Position numbers and translations under genes: made by a program. Of a stretch of 64,000 bases of DNA, positions 19,215 through 29,598 are shown piece by piece. This DNA is from Thermoanaerobaculia bacterium (GTDB lineage Bacteria > Acidobacteriota > Thermoanaerobaculia > Multivoradales > UBA5704): the NCBI GenBank assembly GCA_044226625.1, contig JBGAGQ010000001.1, forward strand, positions 1 through 64,000, read 5' to 3'. Within the stretch, counting starts at the first letter, position 1, and each line of letters starts with the position of its first letter. The notes under the pieces are model-generated. The model was not told where the DNA came from, did not search any database, and saw only the letters and a program-made list of their open reading frames with translations.

Positions 19215-20078
19215 GGTACCTCCAGCCGGTTCGGGCGAATTCAAGGACAGAAGGTACGAGTCGTTCGAAGGAGTCGGCCGCGAACCAGGTCACCGACGGC
19301 TCCTTGCGGAACCAGGTTTCCTGTCGCTTCGCGAAACGGCGCGTCGCGCGAATCGTCTCCTCGATCGCCTCGTCGAGGGGCATCTCCCCTCGTACATGGA
19401 GGACGAGCTGGCGGTAGCCCACCCTTGCTCGACCATTCGGGCCACGCGACCTGCGATCCGATCGTACAGGACGCTTCGAGGAAGGGTCAAACCGATACGC
19501 AAAGCCGGCAGCGTCTCTTCGCCGAACGGCCGCTCGGCGATCCACTCCGATTGCGGCCGGCCCGAGACGAGCACCACCTCGAGCGCGCGCAAGATGCGCT
19601 GGGTGTCCCCCGGCATCAGGCGCGAGAAGCTGACCGGATCGAGCCGCTCGAGCTCCGCACGGAGGGCGCCGAGGCCCTCCTCCGCCAACCGGACGCGGAG
19701 CCCCGCGCGAACCGCCTCGTCCCCAGGGGGAATCGGGCTGATCCCGGCGAGCAGGGCGCGCAGGTAGAGGCCGCTGCCGCCGACCACGATCGGGCGTCGC
19801 CCGCGCGATTCGATCTCCGCGATCGCCTCGCGGGCCTGACGCGCGAACTCGCCGGCCGACCAGCGCTGGCGCGGCTCAAGCCGGTCGATCAGATGGTGCG
19901 GAATGCGCCGCCGCTCGTCCAAGCTCGGCTTCGCGGTCCCGATGTCGAACCCACGGTAGACCTGGAGCGCGTCGGCGTTGACGATCTCGCCGTCGTGCGC
20001 CTCGGCGAGCGCCATGGCGAGCGCGCTCTTGCCCGTCGCGGTCGCGCCGAGGACGATGAGGAGTGGAGGTTGTCGCAC
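19093..20078 (-). pseudogene. miaA: tRNA dimethylallyltransferase, split over two frames by an internal deletion (or an assembly error)
   Basis: GATATGKS, DALQVYRGFDIGTAKP, VGGSGLY in one frame up to MVEQGW; GYRQL…TRRFAKRQETWFR in another frame. Confidence 0.8.
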
Positions 20079-20175
20079 GGGCGAGACGATCGACGTTCTC
20101 TTCTTCTTCCCGCCGAGCGGAGGACGGGGCGCGCCGGCCGCGAGAGACCAGCCCGACGCGCCGCGGGGATTCCGC

Positions 20176-20736
20176 CTAGAACCCTTCGAGCAGGTCGCCG
20201 ACCATCGCCTCGGCGAAGCGCTTGGCGGCCTTCTGGATCGCCTCGTCCTCGCGGTCGACATACGCGGCGCTCGACGCCTCGAGGGGATAGCTCTCTTTGA
20301 AGGTGTATCGGTCGTTCGACCAGATCACCTTGTTGTCGGCGAGGTTCTTGAACTTCACCTCGACGGCGATCGAGATCTCGTACGCGGTCGCGCGGCCGTT
20401 CTGGTCGAACGTGACCGGGGTGACGCCGAAGCCGATGACCGTCCCCTCGATCTGCGCGTCCGCGCCCGTGGCCGAGGAGGCGAGCGAGAAACGCTGCCGG
20501 GTCACCAGCTCGTCGGCGATCGCCCGGGTCAGCTCCTGCTCGACCTGCTGGCGCGGCGTGCGGTTCGCGAGCGGCTGGAGATACACCGATTTCACACTGG
20601 GCGGCAGGTTGCTCGCCCGGCCGACCAGGGCGTAGCCGCAGCCGGAGAGGAGGATGGTCGCGAGGCCCAGACAGCCGAGCAGGCCGAAGACCACCGCGGA
20701 GCGCAACGGGAACGGGAATCGGACTCTCGCCAGCAT
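20176..20736 (-). CDS. lptE: LPS assembly lipoprotein LptE
   Basis: LSGCGY lipobox; directly downstream of leuS (conserved synteny). Confidence 0.8.
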   Translation of the reverse strand: MLARVRFPFPLRSAVVFGLLGCLGLATILLSGCGYALVGRASNLPPSVKSVYLQPLANRTPRQQVEQELTRAIADELVTRQRFSLASSATGADAQIEGTVIGFGVTPVTFDQNGRATAYEISIAVEVKFKNLADNKVIWSNDRYTFKESYPLEASSAAYVDREDEAIQKAAKRFAEAMVGDLLEGF

Positions 20737-20738
20737 CT

Positions 20739-23234
20739 CTACCTCCGGGTCACCAGGTTGATCAGACGGCCGGGCACCACGACCGCCTTGGCCAGCTCGC
20801 GCCCCGCCATGTGCTCGATCGCCTTTTCGCTCGCGAGCGCCGCGGCGCGGATCTCCTTCTCATCGGCGTCGGCGTCGACCTCGACGTGCCCCCTGAGCTT
20901 GCCGTCCACTTGGACGACCAGCTGGATCCGCGCCCGGCGGATCTTCGCCTCATCGTACTCCGGCCAGGTCGTGTCGAGCAGCGACTCGACGTGATCGCGC
21001 TGCTCCCACAGCTCCTCGGTGACGTGCGGGGCCATGGGGTGCAGCAGCTGAAGGAGGCTGTCGAACGCCTCCTCGCACGCGAAGCGCGACGCGGTCTTCT
21101 CCTCGAGCGCGCGGGTGAGCGCGTTGGCGAGCTCCATCAACGCCGCCACCGCGGTGTTGAACGCGAACCGCTCCATGCATTGCGTCACGCGCTGGATCGT
21201 GGCGTGGCGCTGACGCTCGAGCTCCGCGTCGGCCGGGCCGATCGGCGGCGCTTCCGACAGCCGCTGGCCGATCCGCCAGACGCGGCTCAAGAACCGGTGC
21301 GCGCCCGAGACCGCCTCGTCGCTCCATTCCGCCTCTTTCTCCGGCGGGCCGATGAACAGCGTGTAGACCCGCTCGGTGTCGGCTCCCATCTGGTCGATCA
21401 GCTCGTCCGGGGAGACCGAGTTGCCGCGCGACTTCGACATCTTCTCGATCCGGCCGCTCTTTTCCGAGAAGCGGGTGATCATCCCTTGGTTGAACAGGTT
21501 GACGAACGGCTCCTCGAACGGCACCAGACCGAAGTCGTGGAGCACGCGGCAGACGAACCGCGCGTAGAGCAGATGCAGGATCGCGTGCTCGATGCCGCCG
21601 ATGTACTGGTCGATTGGCGCCCATTTCGCGGCGATCGCGGGATCGAAGATCTTCGCCGAGTCGTGCGCCGACAGAAAGCGCAGGTAGTACCAGGAGCTGT
21701 CGACGAAGGTGTCCATCGTGTCGGTCTCGCGCCGGGCCGGCTTGCCGCAGGTCGGGCAGGTCGTCTCGACGAAGCTCGCCGCGCGGCCGAGCGGGTTCCC
21801 CTCGCGCCCGGTGAACTCGACGTCCTCGGGAAGGACCACCGGCAGCGACGACTCCGGCACGGGGACCGCGCCGTGGTCCGGGCAGTAGACGATCGGGATC
21901 GGCGTACCCCAGTAGCGCTGGCGCGAGATCAGCCAGTCGCGCAGGCGATAGGAGACTTTGGCGCGTCCCACGCCCCGCTCTTCGAGCCAGGCGATGAAGC
22001 GGCGGATCGTCTCCGGACCCGCCTCGGCGCCGTCGAACGGCGCGGCGTTGCGCACCTTCCCCTCGTGGAGGATCGGTTCCGTGAGCGTCGCCGGATCGCG
22101 CCCTTCCTCCCAGTTTTCGGGTGCGTAGACCAGCCGGATCGGCAGCTTTTCCTGGCGTGCGAACGCGAGGTCGCGCTGATCGTGCGCGGGTACCGCCATG
22201 ATCGCGCCGGTGCCGTAGCCGGGCAGGACGTAGTTGGCGATCCAGATCGGGATCGCTTCGCCGGTCGCCGGGTTGATCGCGAAGCTTCCGGTCGGGCGCC
22301 CTTCCTTGGGGGTCCCCTCCCCTTCGCGCTCGATCCGCGGCGTGTTGCGCACCTTCTCGATCCAGGCTTCGAGAGCCTCCCGGTCCGGGTTCGCGGCGAT
22401 CAGCTCCGGGACGCGCGGATGCTCCGGCGCGAGCACCAGGAACGTGGCGCCGTGGATCGTGTCCGGTCGGGTGGTGAAGACGGTGAGCTTGCCCGGGTTC
22501 GGATCGACCTCGGCGGCGCCACGGGCGATCGCGAAATCGATCTCCGCCCCCTCGGAGCGGCCGATCCAGTTGCGCTGCATCACCTTGACCTTCTCCGGCC
22601 AGCCGGGAAGGCCGTCGAGCCCGGCGAGCAGCCGGTCGGCGTAGTCGGTGATGCGGAAGAACCACTGCTCGAGATCGCGCTGGACGACCGGCGTGCCGCA
22701 CCGCTCGCAGGCGCCGTCCACCACCTGCTCGTTGGCGAGCACGGTCTGGCAGCTCGGGCACCAGTTGACCGGCGCGTTCTTCTTGTAGGCGATCCCCTTC
22801 TCCAGCATGCGCAGGAACAGCCACTGATTCCAGCGGTAGTACTCCGGCGTGCAGGAGGCGATCTCCTTGCTCCAGTCGTAAAGGATTCCCCAGCGGCGGA
22901 ACTGCTCCTTCATCACCTTGATGTTGCCGAACGTCCACGGCGCCGGGTGGATGCCGCGTTGGATCGCGGCGTTCTCGGCCGGCAGGCCGAAGGCGTCCCA
23001 TCCCATCGGGTTGAGCGCCCGCTTGCCGTTCATCCGCAGATAGCGGTAGAGCGCGTCGCCGAGGATGTAGTTCCGACCGTGGCCGACGTGCAGCCGGTCG
23101 CCGGAGGGATAGGGAAACATCATCAGCATGTAGTACTTCCGCTGCGCGTGGCGCAGGTCGACCTCGGCGGCCCGCTGTTTCTCCCAACGGTCCTGCCATT
23201 TCTTCTCGATCGACTTGTGGTCGTACGGTGCCAT
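20739..23234 (-). CDS. leuS: Leucine--tRNA ligase
   Basis: [26 protein letters not shown]. Confidence 0.98.
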   Translation of the reverse strand: MAPYDHKSIEKKWQDRWEKQRAAEVDLRHAQRKYYMLMMFPYPSGDRLHVGHGRNYILGDALYRYLRMNGKRALNPMGWDAFGLPAENAAIQRGIHPAPWTFGNIKVMKEQFRRWGILYDWSKEIASCTPEYYRWNQWLFLRMLEKGIAYKKNAPVNWCPSCQTVLANEQVVDGACERCGTPVVQRDLEQWFFRITDYADRLLAGLDGLPGWPEKVKVMQRNWIGRSEGAEIDFAIARGAAEVDPNPGKLTVFTTRPDTIHGATFLVLAPEHPRVPELIAANPDREALEAWIEKVRNTPRIEREGEGTPKEGRPTGSFAINPATGEAIPIWIANYVLPGYGTGAIMAVPAHDQRDLAFARQEKLPIRLVYAPENWEEGRDPATLTEPILHEGKVRNAAPFDGAEAGPETIRRFIAWLEERGVGRAKVSYRLRDWLISRQRYWGTPIPIVYCPDHGAVPVPESSLPVVLPEDVEFTGREGNPLGRAASFVETTCPTCGKPARRETDTMDTFVDSSWYYLRFLSAHDSAKIFDPAIAAKWAPIDQYIGGIEHAILHLLYARFVCRVLHDFGLVPFEEPFVNLFNQGMITRFSEKSGRIEKMSKSRGNSVSPDELIDQMGADTERVYTLFIGPPEKEAEWSDEAVSGAHRFLSRVWRIGQRLSEAPPIGPADAELERQRHATIQRVTQCMERFAFNTAVAALMELANALTRALEEKTASRFACEEAFDSLLQLLHPMAPHVTEELWEQRDHVESLLDTTWPEYDEAKIRRARIQLVVQVDGKLRGHVEVDADADEKEIRAAALASEKAIEHMAGRELAKAVVVPGRLINLVTRR

Positions 23235-23292
23235 CTGAGGGCTGTTCGCTTCGTCGGTTCGCCGCATGTCGCCGTGCCTTTGGTCTGTCGCG

Positions 23293-23868
23293 TTACTTCA
23301 AGCTGCCGGGAAAAGAGTGGGTCTTGAGCAGGCCGTCCAGCAGCCCGTTGACGAACCGGCTCGACTGCTCCGAGCCGTACTTCTTCGCCAATTCGATCGC
23401 CTCGTCGACCACCACCAGTTTGGGGATGTCCTTCTCGTACAACATCTCGAACACGGCCAAGCGAAGGATGTTCCGATCGACCGCGGGCATCCGTTCGAGC
23501 CGCCAGTTGTCGGCGCGGGAACGGATCAGCTCGTCGAGCTCCTCGGAGTGCTCGGCGACCCCTTGGACGATGCTCTTGGCGTACTCGAACGCCGCCTCGG
23601 CCTGCCGTCGCCGTTTGGCGTAAACCGCCGGCGAAGGCGCCGGCTTCGCGGCGCGTTCGGCGCGGACTGCGCCGTCCTTCTTATCGGTCTTATCGTTCTT
23701 ATCGTTCGCTCGTTCGGATCCGGGTTCGGAGTCGTCGCGTTCGGGCGAGAGGTACTCCGTGAGGTCGAACCCGGAGAAGATCTGCGGCAGGCTGCTTCCC
23801 CCCAGGTCCCGCTGGTAGAGCATCTGGACCGCGATCTCCCTCGCCGTGCGCCGCTTGCCGACTGCCAT
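23293..23868 (-). CDS. nusB: Transcription antitermination factor NusB
   Basis: [36 protein letters not shown]; charged low-complexity insert. Confidence 0.95.
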   Translation of the reverse strand: MAVGKRRTAREIAVQMLYQRDLGGSSLPQIFSGFDLTEYLSPERDDSEPGSERANDKNDKTDKKDGAVRAERAAKPAPSPAVYAKRRRQAEAAFEYAKSIVQGVAEHSEELDELIRSRADNWRLERMPAVDRNILRLAVFEMLYEKDIPKLVVVDEAIELAKKYGSEQSSRFVNGLLDGLLKTHSFPGSLK

Positions 23869-24042
23869 GTTCCGCGCCTCAAAGATCCTGACGAAAAGAA
23901 GCGAGGCTCAACGAGCGCCCGCTTCGAGCGTTTTTCGCGATGTACGACTCAGGGTTGGGGGTCGATTTCGAGAATCAACGGAGAACCGACCGGTTCGGCG
24001 CTGAATGATAGCTCAAACCGTACACGCCGCGGAGCCGCCCGT

Positions 24043-24516
24043 TCAGGCGCGGAGCTGCTTTACGAGGTCGGCCATCTCCAGCGCGGCGAGCGCGGCGTCC
24101 CAGCCTTTGTTGCCCGCCTTGCCTCCCGCCCGCTCCTCCGCCTGCGCCGAATCGTTGCAGGTGAGGACGCCGAAGCCCACCGGCAGCCGGTGGCGCTCCG
24201 ACACCCCGGCGATGCCATTCGCGCAGCCGGAGCAGACGTAGTCGAAGTGGGGGGTCTCGCCGCGGATCACCGCACCCAAGGCGATCAGCGCGTCGACGCC
24301 GCCCTTCCGGGCAAGCTCGTCGAGCGCGAGCGGGATCTCCCAGGCACCGGGGACCTTGACCACCTTCACGTCGGCGGCCTCGGCGCCGTGGCGCACCAGG
24401 CAATCGACGGCCCCGTCGATCAACCGATCGACGATCCGTTCGTTGAACCGCGAGGCGACGATCGCAAACTTCTTCCCGGCGCCCGAAAGGCGTCCGGCGA
24501 CAGGGGCTTGGCTCAT
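24043..24516 (-). CDS. ribH: 6,7-dimethyl-8-ribityllumazine synthase
   Basis: SRFN, VPGAWEIP, GAVIRGETPHFDYV, GNKG. Confidence 0.97.
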   Translation of the reverse strand: MSQAPVAGRLSGAGKKFAIVASRFNERIVDRLIDGAVDCLVRHGAEAADVKVVKVPGAWEIPLALDELARKGGVDALIALGAVIRGETPHFDYVCSGCANGIAGVSERHRLPVGFGVLTCNDSAQAEERAGGKAGNKGWDAALAALEMADLVKQLRA

Positions 24517-24626
24517 GGCGGCGGATGCTATCGCAGGACGGCGACCGGGCGGGAGCGCCGCCCTCCTTCGTGGCCGGCTAGCGCGGCTCGCCCTCCGGAC
24601 CAGCGGATTCTTCAATTGCGCTCCGC

Positions 24627-24667
24627 TTGACGCTGCCGAGATGCAAGCCTATGCTGCCGCCATAGGC
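24627..24667 (+). promoter_or_regulatory. vapBC promoter with palindromic operator
   Basis: TTGACG-N17-TATGCT; GCCTATG-N7-CATAGGC overlaps the -10. Confidence 0.7.
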
Positions 24668-24688
24668 CAAATCGAAGAAGGAGCGACC

Positions 24689-24925
24689 ATGGCGAAAACC
24701 ATTGCCCGAATCTTTAGGAACGGCCGAAACCAAGCGGTTCGAATTCCCATCGAGTTGAGCTTCGAAGCCGATACCGTCACGATCGAGCGCCACGGAGAGT
24801 CGCTGATCCTGACCCCACTAGCCAAGGGTGGCTGGGCACAATTCTTCGCCGATCCGACCCTGATCTTGCCCCCCGAATTCGAGGTTGCGGAGGATCTGGA
24901 TCCACAGGAGCGCCCTCCCCTGTGA
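24689..24925 (+). CDS. vapB: AbrB/VapB antitoxin
   Basis: IFRNGRNQAVRIP AbrB motif; GTGA overlap with vapC. Confidence 0.9.
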   Translation: MAKTIARIFRNGRNQAVRIPIELSFEADTVTIERHGESLILTPLAKGGWAQFFADPTLILPPEFEVAEDLDPQERPPL

Positions 24926-25326
24926 TGTACCTGCTCGACACCGACATTTGCAGTTACATCATGAAGCGGTATTCGCCGAAGCTCGTCGCGCGCGTCAGCG
25001 AGTTTGCGACGTCCGACCTCAAGGTCTCTTCGGTCTCCGTATTCGAGTTGGAATTCGGCATTCTTCGCAGCGAACATCCGGAAAAACTCCGCAGGGTCGT
25101 CCATGCCTTCTTGGACAACGTCGAAGTCCTGCCTTGGAATCGAACGGCGGCGGCACACGCGGGTGCGATCCGAGCTGAGCTTGCCGCGCAAGGGAAACCC
25201 ATCGGTGCTTACGACCTGCTGATCGCCGGTCACGCCCGAGGCTTGGGTGCAACCCTCGTGACCCACAACGGACGAGAGTTTTCCCGCGTTCGGAACCTCG
25301 TCTGGGAAGACTGGACGCTCGCCTGA
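24922..25326 (+). CDS. vapC: PIN-domain toxin VapC
   Basis: YLLDTDIC, IGAYDLLIAGHA, LVTHNGREF. Confidence 0.93.
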   Translation: MMYLLDTDICSYIMKRYSPKLVARVSEFATSDLKVSSVSVFELEFGILRSEHPEKLRRVVHAFLDNVEVLPWNRTAAAHAGAIRAELAAQGKPIGAYDLLIAGHARGLGATLVTHNGREFSRVRNLVWEDWTLA

Positions 25327-25348
25327 AGGCTGAAACCGGGCCGCGACC

Positions 25349-26638
25349 TCAAAGCGCTTTGCGCGGCGGGACCACCACGTTCGAGACCAGGAGCCCCGCG
25401 ACGAGGGCTATCGCGACCAGGGTCATGCGAAATGCCGTCTCGATTCCCGAAACGACGTCGCTGTCCAGGAGCGCGGCGAGGCTCTTGAAGCCGATGCTCC
25501 CCGGGACGAGGAAGAGGATACCCGGCACCTGGGTGACCGCCGCCGGCCGGTCGAGAAACCGGGCGTAGAGGTTGCTCCCCGCGCCGACCGCGACCGCTCC
25601 GGCGAAGGCGCCGAGCTGCGGACCGAGCGCTCTCGCTCCGAGGCGCACGCCGAAGTAGGCGGTTGCTCCGGCGATCAGGATCCACGGGATATCCCGCGGG
25701 CTCGCCCGGAGCAGGACGACGAAGCCGAGCGGCGCGATCAGCAGGGCGACCCATTCGGTCCAGGCCGGCAGCGGCACCGGATGGACGAGTGCGGTCGCGG
25801 TCGCCCCGTCGATCCAGAGCGACGCGAGCTGGCCGCCGAACGCGACGCCGAAGGCGAGCGCGAGGAAGATCATCAGGGCGTTGGCGAGCCGGGCGCTCCC
25901 CGAGGAGAGATCGCGGGTCGAGAGCTCTGACATCGCAACGGTGAGGGAAAGGCCCGGCACCAGCGTGATCAGAGCCGACAGCGTAACCACGTAGACCGAG
26001 ATGCGGCCGCCGTGCGCCGCGGCGAACGTGGCGAGAAACGAGGCGAGCGCCGCGGCCATCGGCTCGAACAGCCGAGAGAGCCACGGGCGCGGTCCGGAGT
26101 ACCTGCCGAGCAGGCCGATCAGGAGTCCCAGCACCGCCCCCGCCACGACCTCGCGCCAGCCGCCGCCGAAGAATCGCGCCGCGGTCGCCGACGCCATCGC
26201 CGAGGAAGCGAGCGTGAGGAACCGGCCGTAGCGCTGCGGCGCGGTGTTGATCGAGGCGATGCGCGCCGCCGCCTCTTCGACCGGGACCTCGCCGCGCATC
26301 ACCTCGGTGGCGAGCCCGTCGAGCAGCGCCAGGCGTTCGAGATTCATCGCCTCGGGCTGGACGCGGATCAGGACCGTCTTCGCCTCCTCGCCCGGCAGGC
26401 CGGCGGAGAGGAACACCGCTGTCGGCGTCGAGAAGAACTGCGCCTCGAGGCCGAGGCGATGGGCGACGCCCTGGAGGGCGTTTTCCAGGCGATGCGCGGT
26501 GGTGCCGTAGCGATGGAGCGCGCGGGCGAGGTCGACGATGAAGCGGATCGCCGCGTCGGGCGAGCGGCCCGAAGTCGGAAGGGACGGCGGCTCCGGAGAA
26601 GAGGTCTTCCGCGGAGCCGGCGCCGGGGCGGAGGGCAC
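25349..26638 (-). CDS. Threonine/serine exporter (ThrE family)
   Basis: ALHRYGTTAHRLE, LVPGLSLT, LVPGSIG; about 10 TM helices. Confidence 0.88.
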   Translation of the reverse strand: MPSAPAPAPRKTSSPEPPSLPTSGRSPDAAIRFIVDLARALHRYGTTAHRLENALQGVAHRLGLEAQFFSTPTAVFLSAGLPGEEAKTVLIRVQPEAMNLERLALLDGLATEVMRGEVPVEEAAARIASINTAPQRYGRFLTLASSAMASATAARFFGGGWREVVAGAVLGLLIGLLGRYSGPRPWLSRLFEPMAAALASFLATFAAAHGGRISVYVVTLSALITLVPGLSLTVAMSELSTRDLSSGSARLANALMIFLALAFGVAFGGQLASLWIDGATATALVHPVPLPAWTEWVALLIAPLGFVVLLRASPRDIPWILIAGATAYFGVRLGARALGPQLGAFAGAVAVGAGSNLYARFLDRPAAVTQVPGILFLVPGSIGFKSLAALLDSDVVSGIETAFRMTLVAIALVAGLLVSNVVVPPRKAL

Positions 26639-26650
26639 CGGATCGACTCG

Positions 26651-27562
26651 CTATCTCGCCGCGGGCTTGGCCCCGAGCATCGACCGCATGACGTGGCGGG
26701 CGATCTCGGGATTCTCGCGCAGACGGCGGATCGAATAGGGGTACCAGTCGCGGCCGTACGGCACGTAGACGCGGAGCCGATGTCCGCCGTCGATCAGGAT
26801 GCGGCGCAGCTCCTCGTCCACGCCCAGCAGCATCTGGAATTCGTAGCGGTCGCGCGGCAGACCGTGCTTCTCGATCAGGCCGAGCGCCGCGCAGACCAGG
26901 TACTCGTCGTGGGTCGCGATCGCCGGATAGACCCCTTGCCGGATCAGCTTGTCGAGCGCTTGCACGTAGTTGGCGCGGACCGTCTCGTACCCCTTCCACG
27001 CCACCTTGCGGGACTCGATGTAGATCCCTTTGCAGATGCGGATGTTCACCCCGGACGGTGGGAGCGCCGCGATGTCGTCGAGCGTGCGCCGCATGTAGGC
27101 CTGGAGGACGACGCCGACATTGCCGTACTTCTCGAACAGCTCGCGAAAGATCGCGAGCGTCGCGTCGGTCGTGGTGGCGTCCTCCATGTCGATGCGGACG
27201 AAGTTGCCCAGGCGCTTCGCGGCGCCGACGATCCGCTCGATCGACTCACGGCAGAAGCCGAGGTCGATCTTCAAACCGAGCATGGTCGGCTTGATCGAGA
27301 CGTTGGCGTTCAAACCCTCGGCCTGGATCCGCTCGAGGATCCGCACGTACTCCTCGACCGAGGCGATCGCTTTCGCCCGCTCGGCGACCTCTTCGCCGAG
27401 CAAGTCGAGCGTCACCATCGCGCCGGCGGCGTTCAGGTCGCGGACGGTGCGCACGGCGGCGTCGAGCGTCTCTCCCGCCACATAACGGGCGGCGACCTTG
27501 CCGACGATCGCCTTGGGCACCAGGGGGAGGCCGGTGACGATCAACCGATCGAAGAGCTTCAT
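26651..27562 (-). CDS. Monofunctional proline dehydrogenase
   Basis: RYVAGE, RIDMED, RICKG, ATHD, FQMLLG, RVYVPYG, RRLRE. Confidence 0.93.
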   Translation of the reverse strand: MKLFDRLIVTGLPLVPKAIVGKVAARYVAGETLDAAVRTVRDLNAAGAMVTLDLLGEEVAERAKAIASVEEYVRILERIQAEGLNANVSIKPTMLGLKIDLGFCRESIERIVGAAKRLGNFVRIDMEDATTTDATLAIFRELFEKYGNVGVVLQAYMRRTLDDIAALPPSGVNIRICKGIYIESRKVAWKGYETVRANYVQALDKLIRQGVYPAIATHDEYLVCAALGLIEKHGLPRDRYEFQMLLGVDEELRRILIDGGHRLRVYVPYGRDWYPYSIRRLRENPEIARHVMRSMLGAKPAAR

Positions 27563-27602
27563 CGCCCCCTCCCCTCTCTCGATGAAACCGACGGTCGGCC
27601 GA

Positions 27603-28931
27603 TCACGCGATGGCCACGACCGGGGAATCCGTCGGGTCGTCGACGACCCAGCGGACGGCCTTCGAGCAGGGGCAGGCGCCGCCCACCCGACGAAGCGTCG
27701 GCGACTTCGCCGCGGCCGCTTCGGCCGTGGTCTCGCCGCGCGTCACCTGACCGAGCAGATCGAGGTAGTCCTTGAAATCCCGGTTCGCGAGGTACGACTC
27801 GGGCAGGTGCCTCGAAAGATGCCGGGAGTATTCGACCAGGTCGTCGAACTTCTCTCCGTCGCGCCCGATCATGGTGAACGCCGAGTTGCCGCGCCGCCGG
27901 AAGAAATCGGCATGCGGCAGGCGCAACAGGTCGTCCCGCTCGATGCCGTGCAAGACCTCGCCCGCGAGGATCGAGTCGAGCGTCGACTCTGCCTCGCCGA
28001 TCGTGAGGCTGGGCACCCGCGCGCGCAGGTAGCGCAGGTTCAGGTCGCGGACCAGCTTGCCGACCTCGTCTCGATACTGCTGCTGCGCCTCGTAGTTCTT
28101 GAGCGGCTTCAAGCCCATCTTGACGTTCGAGGCCCCGCCGCGCTCGTCGCCGAACATCTCGAGCCCGCGCTGCAGCCACTTGTTGATCGTCTTTTGGAGC
28201 GAGGAGACGGTGATCGTCACGTCGCCCGCGGCGGCGCGGGTCACCCAGCGGCGCATTGGCACGACGCCGGCCGCGAGGTGGAACGCCTCTTCCTGGAGCA
28301 TCTTCGGCATGCTCTCGGCCATCGGCTGGTAGGCGCTCACCTTCTGCATCGAGAGCTGGTACTTACCCACGCGGTCGATCAGGCCGCAGAAGACCACGCT
28401 GTCGACGAACGAGTCGAAATCGATGTTGAACGCCGACAGGACGTGGGAACCCGTGTTCATCGAGAGGATCCCCTCGATCAACTGCTCGGTGCTCTCCGAG
28501 GTGACGCTCGACCAGTCGTCCTCGGCCAGGAGATGGAGCATCTGGTAACCGTGGCGCAGCTCCTCGGCCATCATCCGGAGGATCCAGAACTGCTCCTCCT
28601 CGTTCTGGGCCCGGGCGAGCGTCAACCGGTGCTGCTGGATCGACCCGAATTCCGTCGAGGCCTGGGCGCGGATCGCGCCGAACAGATGATGCGCCGTCTC
28701 GGCCGGCATCTCGGAGGCCTTCAGGTATTTCGGCTTGCCCTTATGCTCGCCGCATTCGATGCTCGAGCACATCCCCATCTGGCGGAAGGCGCAGAGCTCG
28801 AAGCGCGGCTCGGTCGGGAAGAACTTCTCCCAATTCTCCATCAGCAGGGGGAAATCGGGAAGGAACATCTCGCGCCACTTGATGACGGCGCCATGGAACT
28901 TGTTCGGGAGAGTGTCGGTTCTCAGGCTCAT
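27603..28931 (-). CDS. Ferritin-like diiron protein, BoxB/PaaA (acyl-CoA epoxidase) family
   Basis: QASTEFGSIQQ, EELRH, DRVGKYQL, EEAFH parallel the BoxB motifs. Confidence 0.75.
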   Translation of the reverse strand: MSLRTDTLPNKFHGAVIKWREMFLPDFPLLMENWEKFFPTEPRFELCAFRQMGMCSSIECGEHKGKPKYLKASEMPAETAHHLFGAIRAQASTEFGSIQQHRLTLARAQNEEEQFWILRMMAEELRHGYQMLHLLAEDDWSSVTSESTEQLIEGILSMNTGSHVLSAFNIDFDSFVDSVVFCGLIDRVGKYQLSMQKVSAYQPMAESMPKMLQEEAFHLAAGVVPMRRWVTRAAAGDVTITVSSLQKTINKWLQRGLEMFGDERGGASNVKMGLKPLKNYEAQQQYRDEVGKLVRDLNLRYLRARVPSLTIGEAESTLDSILAGEVLHGIERDDLLRLPHADFFRRRGNSAFTMIGRDGEKFDDLVEYSRHLSRHLPESYLANRDFKDYLDLLGQVTRGETTAEAAAAKSPTLRRVGGACPCSKAVRWVVDDPTDSPVVAIA

Positions 28932-28962
28932 CGTTCGATCTCGAGTTCGGTCAACGCTGCGG

Positions 28963-29409
28963 TCAGAGGTTCCTCACCAGGGCGGTGAGCTTCGCGGGCT
29001 CGAAGCCGACCGAGCCGAAGAATTTCACCAGCTCGGCGCGATCGTCCTCGACCAGAGTACGGACGCGCGTCGCGCCCCGCGAACGGAAGCGCGCGAAAAG
29101 CTCTTCGGCGAGGTGCCGCCCGACGCCCAACCCTCTTGTCCGCGGGTCGACCCCCACCACCTCGATCCAGCCGGTCGGCTCTTCCAAGCCGAACTCCCCG
29201 GAGCGAACGTCGCCGAGCATGAAACCCACGACCTCGCCCTCGTGCTCGGCCACGAGCGCCGTCTCCGGGTCGCGCCGAAGGTGATAACCGATTCGGCGCT
29301 CCCAGATTTCCGGCCGGTAGGCGCCGCCGATCCGTTCGTCGATCGCCACCACCGCCGAGATGTCGAGCTCGTCGATCTGGCGCACTGTCACTTGGTTCTC
29401 GCTGCCCAT
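28963..29409 (-). CDS. GNAT family N-acetyltransferase
   Basis: GVDPRTRGLGVG acetyl-CoA motif; GGAGG RBS. Confidence 0.88.
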   Translation of the reverse strand: MGSENQVTVRQIDELDISAVVAIDERIGGAYRPEIWERRIGYHLRRDPETALVAEHEGEVVGFMLGDVRSGEFGLEEPTGWIEVVGVDPRTRGLGVGRHLAEELFARFRSRGATRVRTLVEDDRAELVKFFGSVGFEPAKLTALVRNL

Positions 29410-29598
29410 GTCCACGCCTCCTGCAGCCGATCTCATGTCATGGAAACCAGAGGAGGGCTCCTCGTTCGAGCCGGTGTCGGAGTCGCGCTCGACTCGGGAA
29501 CGCCCCGGGAATTGTATCGGCACCCCACCCGCCGCGCTAGCCGGACCCGGGGTCCTCGGCCCTGCTAAACTAATTCTCCATCCCCGGAGGAATCCGCC

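Noticed and set aside
23681-23707. Three 9-bp repeats in nusB
   Set aside because: In-frame low-complexity loop (NDK/TDK); ordinary slippage.
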